Shown in pieces: positions 54,756-64,000 of a stretch of DNA of 64,000 bases. The stretch comes from Octopus vulgaris (Eukaryota): NCBI GenBank assembly GCA_951406725.2, contig OX597831.1, forward strand, positions 3,162,001 through 3,226,000, given 5' to 3'. Below the pieces are notes generated by a model, which was not told where the DNA came from, ran no database searches, and worked only from the letters and a program-made list of their open reading frames with translations. Within the stretch, counting starts at the first letter, position 1. Every line of letters starts with the position of its first letter. Both the position numbers and the translations under genes were made by a program.

Positions 54756-56109
54756 ATAAATCTCAAAAAAACATAGATACATAGATACCTACATACATAC
54801 ATATATACATACATGTATGCATGCATATGCACATACATACATAATCCCATATATATTCGCTGTTAATTGCAGTTTAAATTGTGAATCAATGACAGCCGTT
54901 TTCAAACAGAAAATATCTGGAATATTTATGGAACTATTGGAATTCAAGTATATATCTTTAAATATGTGCTACCTAGTCAGAAGAATCCAGATTTATGTCT
55001 TTTTCCAGTGCATTAGAGATATATTGGGAAGTAAAAACAGTTGCAATCATAAATTGCAAATTGGGTTGTGGAACTTGGTTCGACAGAAAATACAGTTCTG
55101 CAACTCAGCTCTTATGCTAAGAATTCTAACATAATGATTTGAAAACATAATCATAATATCATTGAAATTGAGCAGATTCTCTCAACAAAAGCAGTAACTT
55201 ATTCAGTAAGGAGCTGCTATTACAATAAGTTTTACATCCCTAGCAATAAAAGCAATTATATTCAATGTATTTTTATCTTTTTAAAAAAAAAATTGGGGAA
55301 AACAGAAAGAAACCTTGGTTCCATTTCGAAAATAATACTAAGTAAATCATGTGTTGAAAGTAAAAATTAGCAACTGCCTTAAAAATTCGATAGAAAATTC
55401 TATTTTCCCCATAGGATTTCTTTGATTTTCATTTTATTCTTTCCAGAAGTTTTCCCCCACAAATTTAATGATACAAAGTTATTGATATTATCCAGAGAGA
55501 AATTTTGGTAGATTTCTTAACATTAAGCTAATAATTGCGATATTGAGAGAAAGTTGGTTATATAGTGACATTTCTTTGTGGAAAAATATTCAATGATTTG
55601 TTTTGTATGTAACCCCTTAAATTCTAAAATTGAACTTCTTTACGATTCTTTGATAAAAGCAGTAAAAAGAAAATGGAATTGAACTGATAACATTTAATAA
55701 GAAAAATAAATAAACTGTTAGAAATTCTATTTTATTCAAAGAAACTGAATTTGAAGAGAAAAAAAAAAAATAAAGCAAATTTTAATGTTTGTATGTATAA
55801 GAGTGTGGCAGAAATTTAAATTATTTTATTTACTGTTTACTGAAATTCTGCAAAAGATTTTATTTATTTTTTTCCTTTCTTTTCCTTTCCTTTCTTTCTT
55901 TCTTTTAATAAAAGAATAAACATGTTATCTTTGTCAGTGAAACAAACATATTAACTATACATTGTTGGAAACGAAACATTATCTGAGATAGCAAATTCTG
56001 TTAAGGGAAGATATTAACCCCCTGCTGCAGCAGCCATCACAATATTCTGATTATTTACTTATATTACCATACTTTCCTCTTAGATCCAATTAATGTTTTG
56101 ATCTGGTAT

Positions 56110-56250
56110 CTGATACATACATATATACATACATACAGCAAACACATACATACATACATACATACATACATACATACATACATACATACATACATACATA
56201 CATACATACATACATACATACATACACACATGCACACATATATATATATA

Positions 56251-56299
<49 letters not shown>

Positions 56300-56584
56300 T
56301 ACATACAAATTATAAATGTATATATATATACACACATACATTCATATTATATATGTATATGCATTTATATACATATGTATAACATATGTCATGCATACAT
56401 ACATACCTACATACATACATACATACATACATACATACAGAAAACATACATACACACATACATACACACACACATACATATATACATGCACACATACATA
56501 CATACAAATTATAAATGTATATATACAAACATTATATTGTATATGTATATACATTTATATACATATGTATATTATGTCATACAT

Positions 56585-56670
<86 letters not shown>

Positions 56671-56750
56671 TCATACACACATATATGTAGCATATATCAT
56701 ATCTATATACATAAACACACACATATGTATCATGTACACATTATATATAT
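56110..56750. repeat. TACA/TA microsatellite field with a 199-bp higher-order duplication
   Basis: CAAATTATAAATGTAT at 56306 and 56505. Confidence 0.85.
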
Positions 56751-56801
56751 TTAAATATTTGTTGTGCAAGATTTTTTATGTGAAGTCGTGTGTTGAAACA
56801 G

Positions 56802-57130
56802 ATATTGTTATATTTTGGAATGGTCATTTTGCCAGTTTAGCCAATAAAAACACACGCACTATATATTTGGTGTTATTTTGCTTCAGTGTTATTTATTTTT
56901 TACATTAATCGTAATCTTATTTCGGCTGACGGTTAGTAAGGAGAGACACAAATAAGAAAGAAGAAAACAAAGGACCACTGATGCTGTCACAGGAGTGTGA
57001 CGAAAGAACTCTGGCCGAAATAAGATTAAGATTAATGTAAAAAATAAATAACACTGAAGCAAAATAACACCAAATATATAGTGCGTGTGTTTTTATTGGC
57101 TAAACTGGCAAAATGACCATTCCGAAATAT

Positions 57131-57138
<8 letters not shown>
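56802..57138. repeat. 125-bp inverted repeat (2 mismatches) with a variant hammerhead in the spacer (56973-57016, +)
   Basis: Arms at 56802-56926 and 57014-57138; GACCA-CTGATGCT-GTCAC(AGGAGT)GTGAC-GAAAG-AA-CTC-TGGCC. Confidence 0.85.
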
Positions 57139-57206
<68 letters not shown>

Positions 57207-58631
57207 GCACATACATACATACATACATACATACATACATACATGTACATATATATATATCATATATTCATATATTACCTCAGAGGAGTATAGCAGCTTA
57301 GGGCTGAAAGTAATAAACCAAGGATTCTGATGCTATTGATTAGTGTGGAAGACAAGTGTAGCAGCTGGGTGAGTGAAGCACAAAACACAATCATGAGGTC
57401 TTTGGCTCAACTTCCCCGTGGGGAATCTTAGGCAAGTGCCTTTATCATAAGCCTTGAGTTGAACCCTTTTTGGGAGTGAAATTGCGTAGACACGAACCAT
57501 AAGCAAGCTTCTCAGGTGGATTGTATGGGCCATTCAGAGATTCAGTTTTGTCACATAATGTAATATAATGATTAAGCTTCGGAAATGCAATAAGGGTACC
57601 AATGCCTATGGAATACTCAGCCACATACATATTAACGAAATGAGTCAGATGTTCTGTTGATGGAATGACCAAATGCTTTTCACTGAAACCAATGTAGGAT
57701 CTGTCGCAGAAGCCGAGTGGGGTGAAGGTCAATAAGTGCTACAGGTTCAGTTTTTGCTGTTGTTGAGTTTTTGCGTGAGGTCCTCCTTCTCCTCTTCTTC
57801 CTCCTCATCATGATCGTCATTGTCATTGTCATCGCCATCATTGTCACTGCAGCCACCACCACCACCATCATTGTCATTTATCATCATCATTGTCATCATC
57901 ATCATCATCACCACCACCACCACCACCACCACCACCATCATCATCATCTTCATCATTTTCATCATCATTTAGCATCCATTTTCCATTCTAGCATGGGTGA
58001 GATGGTTTAACTAGAGCTGGAGAGCTGTACCTAACATGATTTTTACACCTGAGTGTTCTTCCTAATGCCATCCACCCCTCAGAGTGTACAGGGTGTCAAA
58101 ATACATGTCATTGGCATGGGTGCCCTTTATGTCTCACTGGCACAGGTGCCTTTTACATGTCATGGCATGTAATCAAGAAATTTCTAAGACCTGTAATCAA
58201 GAAATTTCTTCCATGATCATCCTGTCATTTTAGGGGTATTTAGGACTGCATTATCTAATGAGTGCTTTCCTCACCAAAAAAGTAAGGTGTCATTTGAGGA
58301 AAAGTTGGTTGCTATTTCAACAACACTGAGTAACTGTGTAGAATTAGCTGCAGTACATGGTACATGGTAGCAGTGGCAAAGCAGGAGTTCTAAGTGCCTC
58401 AAGATAAAACCACTTTGGTGACCTTCAGTCCTCAAAATTATCAAATATGATAAGCCTGGGGGCATTTTGCATTTCTTTGTAAATGTCCCCTTCAAGGGAT
58501 GACACCCCTCCTGCACTCCTGTTGCAATATTTCTAGATGTGATGAACCAGAGATACAGTCAGTGAAGTGGGGTTGAGCTTGATGGTAGTAGAACTGAGGT
58601 ATCTTGGATGAGGAATGTAATGGTGGTATTA

Positions 58632-59022
58632 AGGAAGGAAGCACTCCGTCGGTTACGACGATGAGGGTTCCGGTTGATCCGAATCAACGGAACAGTCTGC
58701 TCGTGAAATTAACGTGTAAGTGGCTGAGCACTCCACAGACACGTGCACCCTTAACGTAGTTCTCGGGGATATTCAGCATGACACAGAGAGTGACAAGGCC
58801 GGCCCTTTGAAATACAGGTACAACAGAAACAGGAAGTAAGAGTGAGAGAAAGTTGTGGTGAAAGAGTACAGCAGGGATCACCACCACCCCCCTGCCGGAG
58901 CCTCATGGAACTTTGGGTGTTTTCGCTCAATAAACACTCACAACGCCCGGTCTGGGAATCGAAACCGCGATCCTATGACCGCGAGTCTGCTGCCCTAACC
59001 ACTGGGCCATTGCGCCTCCACT
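58632..59022 (-). mobile_element. Full-length tRNA-derived SINE (family F) with 12-bp TSD
   Basis: Head GGAGGCGCAATGGCCCAGTGGTTAG..GGTTTCGATTCCC; TSD ATGGTGGTATTA at 58620 and 59023; related tail at 61015-61195. Confidence 0.92.
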
Positions 59023-59243
59023 ATGGTGGTATTACACTAAAGTTAGAGTTGCTAGGATATGTGATAAAGGTTGTACAACAGAAGTATGGTTACTGAAGTA
59101 TGCAATAACATTTGCAAACCAGAGATACAGTTACCAAGGTAAGTGATATGAGAGTAAAACAGACATATACTTACAGAAGTGGAGATCATGACTATAAACT
59201 AAGGATCCTCTTAACCCTTTTGTTACCAACCCGGCTGAAAGTA

Positions 59244-59660
59244 CCCCATTTTGGCCACTTGTACATTAAATATGAGCTTACAACATATGAGTTCGTAGTT
59301 GAATGTCTTTATTCAATTAGTTATATTTCTTTTATAATCACATGTTTGTAATACCAGAGCTGTGACCCCTCAATGTTGAGAAGCACCAGCTCAATTTACT
59401 CAGAAGAACCCCATTTTGGCCACTTGTACATTAAATATGAGCTTACAACATATGAGTTAGTAGTTGAATGTCTTTGTTCAATTAGTTATATTTCTTTTAT
59501 AATCACATGTTTGTAATACCAGAGCTGTGACCCCTCAATGCTGAGAAGTAGTTGCTCAATTTACTCAGAAGAACCCCATTTTGGCCACTTGTACATTAAA
59601 TATGAGCTTACAACATATGAGTTGCCGGTTGACCATCTTTGTCCAATTAGCCATATTTCT
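59244..59660. repeat. 165-bp tandem repeat x about 2.5
   Basis: CCCCATTTTGGCCACTTGTAC at 59244, 59409 and 59574. Confidence 0.95.
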
Positions 59661-60871
59661 TCTACAACAATCTACACAAACGTGTGAAGCCGTAGTATCA
59701 CCCGTTCCAGTCTATGCTTATGCAAGAAAATGCTTAAAATGATTAGACTGAATGTTGTGGTACATTATATATGTAAATTGAGATGTTATATATTGTCTAA
59801 GAGATGGAATTTAAAGAAATTCTTCACCGTACTTAACAGAAGGCATTATTCAGAGTTTTACAAACATGGTAAGATCTTATCAATTTCTTTGGAGAAAAAA
59901 AAAATAATAAAAGCTTGCCTTTTGAACTTCGTAGCAATCTTTGATGAAATCTTGTTAGTTAGCTTAACTGCTTAAATGTTTAATCATTTCATCTCTAAGT
60001 CTTTTTTTCTTCTTCTTTGTTCCGATCAGCTCTGAAATGGTTCTCTCAACTAAAGTACCTTGATTCAACAGCAGAGTGCGGGGAATTAGTGACTTAGGTC
60101 ACTGAGTTTAAATTTTGTGTGAAACTTTCTGCTGATTTATCTTTTGTGACTAATGAAGAAAATATCCTTACCATTGTGGCATCTGTGTGGTTTCTTCAGC
60201 TGCTAGAAACAACAGCTAAATCCTTTTCAAATAACACCCTACCTCTCTCTCTCTTTTGGAGAGGCACTGAGCAGCTATACGCACACATACACACACGGCA
60301 GTAACTTCCACCTACCGAATTCAATCACAAAGCTCCGGTCGGCTCGGGGCTATAGTGGAAGACACCTACCCAGAGTGCCACGCAGTGGGACTGAACCCGA
60401 AACCATGTAGCTAGGAAGCAAGCTCCCTAACCACACAGCCATGCCATCTTTAAAAAACAGGAAGGACATTCAATATGTGAGTTCTGAATATCAGCCAAAA
60501 AAGATGTGATGCTTTTGATTATAGGTCTGTCCAATCGTGCTTTATCTGGGTCCAAACAGTAACAGCATTGGCAGGAGATTACAAATAGCTGAACCAATTA
60601 GATACCAGGCATTGAACAGAGAGGTCATTGGTTTGTATACAGTAACTGACATTGTATTGTGTCTGTGGTCAAAACAACTTAATTGTTGATGGATGGGGTG
60701 CACTCAACTGTAAGTAATCACTCACATAGAAAATTGTGAAGTTGTACATTTGATGAGTGAGTTACTGGTTTGCAGTACTGAACCCAGTTCAATCTGTTGG
60801 TAAATCTACCAGCAGTGATGATGGGTCTTGCATTGGTCTTGAAGATTAGCATTTAGTTATTTGAACCATTG

Positions 60872-61195
60872 TGAAGGCACGTGGCTTAGTGGTTAAGGTA
60901 TTCAGCTCATGATCACAAGATTGTGAGTTCAATTCCTGGTGATGCATTGTCTCCTTGAGCAAGAAACTTTATTTCATATTGCTCCAGTTCACTCAGATGG
61001 CAAAAATGAGTAGTACCTGTATTTCAAAGGGCCAGCCTTATCACATTCTGTGTCCGCTGAATCTCCCTGAGAACTACGTTAAGGGTATATATGTCTGTGG
61101 CGTACTCAGCCACATGAACATTTATTTCATGAGTAGGCTATTCTGTTGATCTGTTCAACTGGAACCCTTGTCATTGTAACCGATGGAGTAGCAGT
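60872..61195 (+). mobile_element. tRNA-derived SINE (E-like head, F-like tail)
   Basis: TGGCTTAGTGGTTAAGG..GAGTTCAATTCC; tail matches the reverse of 58640-58820. Confidence 0.75.
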
Positions 61196-61822
61196 AATTT
61201 GATCCACTGAATTACCTGCTCATTAAAATTTACCTGTAAGTATTTGATTATTCCACAGAAATATGTAACCTTGATATGTAACCTTGATGTAATTCTCAAG
61301 CTAACTCAGTGAAATCAACTGAATCGCAATATGGGACAAAGCTGGAAATTTTGATTTTTGAATTACAGGTACAATATAGCCAATGAGATCCCATACTATG
61401 TTTATGATTCAACTTCACTTACAAGGCTCGGGTTGACCTGAGGCTATTGAGAAAAAAACATTTGCCCTTGATGCTGTGTAGTTGGACTGAATCTAAGACC
61501 TCATGGTTCTAAATCAAACTTAAAAACTACTCGGCTATGCCTGCACTTGGCTAGTCTTGAATAAGGATTCTGAATAAATATATTTGTTATGATACAGGCA
61601 GCCATTAGAAAGGTGATAGGATTTTCATCAGACATCTCCGATGTCTAAATTTTGAAAGTAATTTGCACAAAGGTTGTTTGAGGCACAAGGGTTGTAAGAC
61701 TAAGGTATGAGGTACAGTAAGATTAAGGTATGAAGCACAATGGTCATGATACTAAAGTTTAAAGTAGAGTGGTCATATGATTAAGGTCTGAAGTATAGTG
61801 GTCATAAGATTAAGGTGCAGGA

Positions 61823-62013
61823 ATGCTTAGCGGTGTTTTGTCTGCCGTTATGTTCTGAGTTCAAATTCTGCCGAAGTCGACTTTGCCTTTCATCCTTTCG
61901 GGGGTCAATAAATTAAGTACCAGTCATGCACTGGAGTCGATATAATTGACTTTATCCCTTTGTCTGTCCTTGTTTGTCCCCTCTGTGTTTAGCCCCTTGT
62001 GGGCAATAAAGAA
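61823..62013 (+). mobile_element. 5'-truncated family C SINE with 19-bp TSD
   Basis: ATAAGATTAA(G/A)GTGCAGGA at 61804 and 62014; inserted at the end of a degenerate ~30-bp minisatellite. Confidence 0.88.
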
Positions 62014-62334
62014 ATAAGATTAAAGTGCAGGACTACTGACTGCATAGTTTGTGTCCCCTCAGCAAGGTAAATAACTCTGCAAACTCCAGTTGGCTTGACT
62101 GACAAAACAGGTTCTATCCTGCTTCACAGTTGAGTGATTAGTGGGAAGAAAATCATCCAGCTAGAAAATCCTTTGCTTCAATGAAAATTCATCCCATCCA
62201 TATATACACAGAAAAATGAATGCAAATCAATAAAACAGAAAATTGAAGAAGGTGGTTACAACAGTTCTAATAACAATTACATCGTGGCTGAGTGACTTTA
62301 GCCACTTAAGAAGACACAAAACTGTTGCTTGTTT

Positions 62335-62700
62335 TTCTTTTTACTTGTTTCTGTCAATAGACTGTGGCCATGCTGGGGCACCACACTGAAAGATTTTTAG
62401 TTGAATGAATCGACCCCAGTACTTATTTTGCATTTTTAAAAAACCTGTTATTTATTCTATTGATATCTTTTTGCCAAACCGCTAAGTTATGGGGATGTAA
62501 ACCCACCAACACCAGTTGTCAACCAGTGGTTGGGGACATACACAAAGACACACACACACACACACACACAGTGGGCTTCTTTCAGTTTCCGTCTTCCAAA
62601 TTCACTCGCAAGGCTTTGGTTAGCCTGAGGTTATAGTAGAAGACACTTGCCCAAGGTGCCATGCTGGGGGACTGAACCAGCAACAACGTGGTTGGGAAAC
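62335..62700 (-). mobile_element. SINE family A
   Basis: Tail and head match. Confidence 0.85.
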
Positions 62701-63564
62701 TTCAGTTTCAATATATTTATTCAAGACCAAGTCACTCGCCAAACAATAATGAAAACTGCAGTTAGCCACATAAGAAATCAAAGCTCTTAATTCATTAGCA
62801 TTTATACCAGCCATATCTGGCCCAAATATCCTACCCATTTTATGTTCCAACTGGCCAGATCCAGCCTCTCACACATTCCCTACAATGCCAGTCTAAAAAT
62901 AAACAACCACATCATCAAAGGCTTGAAGCTACAAGATAATGCATGATTGAGTCAAAACAATGCAAATAAGTAAGCATTACATTTGACAGAGTAATGTGAA
63001 TGATGAAAGGGATGCTTCTTTATGAGCTAAGTCTGTGTTGTTTCAAATAAGCACCACACCATTAGATGATGCAGCTCACTACTATATGCAACAGAGGTTA
63101 TATATAAAGAATCCTTAATATTTTTGTTATTGTTTTTAAAAGATATTGTGGCGTGTTTTTATTAATTTCTTTTTGGTAAGAATACAAAGAAACAGGAAAA
63201 GAGAGAGACAAGAAAAGAAAAGAAAAGAAAAAAGGAGGAGTGAAGCAGCAGAACATGGGGGGGGGGGGCGATGGGCCTTGTGGCTCAGTTGTGCCTTGTG
63301 GTAATGACTGCGATGGCATTGCTGAGGAGAATGGCCAGTGGCACTCACTGCTTTCAGCCATCTTCTATCGGTTATGTGGCTTAAGAAGTTTACTTCCAAA
63401 ATGTGCTGGTCTTGGTTTCAGTCCTATTGTGTGAGAATCACCTTGGGAATGGTATCTTCTACTATAGCCCCAGGCTAATCAAAGACTTGTGAGTGGACAT
63501 GGTGGACAGGAAATGAAAGAAGCTTGTCATATATATGTGTGTGTATGTGTATCAGCTGGCTATA

Positions 63565-64000
63565 CGTTCTGAGTTCAAATTCCACTGAGGTCGACTTTGC
63601 CTTTCATCCTTTCAGGGTCGATAAATAAAGTACCAGTTATGCACTGGGATCGATTTGATCGACTTAATCCCTTTGTCTGTCCTTGTTTGTCCCCTCTATG
63701 TTTAGCCCCTTATGGGCAATCATTAGCTGCAGACGAAATGCTTAAAGAAATAAGAATCCTCCCTCACCTATGGCATAAGGTGGTGAGCTGGCAGAATCAT
63801 TAGCATGCCAGATGAAATGCTTAGTGTATTTCTCCCATCGCTACATTCTGAGTTCAAATTCTGCTGAGGTCAACTTTGCCTTTCATCCTTTCAGGGTCGA
63901 TAAATTAAGTACCAGTTATGCACTGGGATCGATTTGATCAACTTAATCCCTTTGTCTGTCCTTGTTGTCCCCTCTATGTTTAGCCCCTTTGTGGGCAATA
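63565..64000 (+). mobile_element. Two tandem family C SINEs
   Basis: Near-identical Nin-like domain and tail at 63565-63722 and 63775-64000. Confidence 0.9.

Overview
AT-rich metazoan genomic DNA dominated by microsatellites (TA, CA, TACA, TAGA/TCTG, TAA, CAT/GAT) and interspersed repeats. The SINE repertoire and microsatellite density resemble octopus (coleoid cephalopod) DNA, which is an inference from pattern recognition, not a database result. No intact protein-coding gene is evident, and almost all listed ORFs are microsatellite or SINE translation artefacts. Recognisable content: several tRNA-derived SINE families in many copies, two decayed mariner transposons, hAT and TTAA-type MITEs, and 3' remnants of R4/Dong-like, Tx1/L1-like and CR1-like LINEs. 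There are also two Penelope-like (GIY-YIG) remnants. The most notable signal is at least five sequence-unrelated families of short, mostly microsatellite-associated elements. Each carries a minimal type I hammerhead-ribozyme motif, often inside an inverted or tandem duplication, and one family joins a tRNA-like Pol III head to the hammerhead. Other items are a 119-nt G-U-rich hairpin (pre-miRNA or MITE candidate), a perfect H-type pseudoknot in a promoter/5'UTR-like island, and speculative short minus-strand first exons of an unidentified host gene. Many repeat boundaries are approximate.
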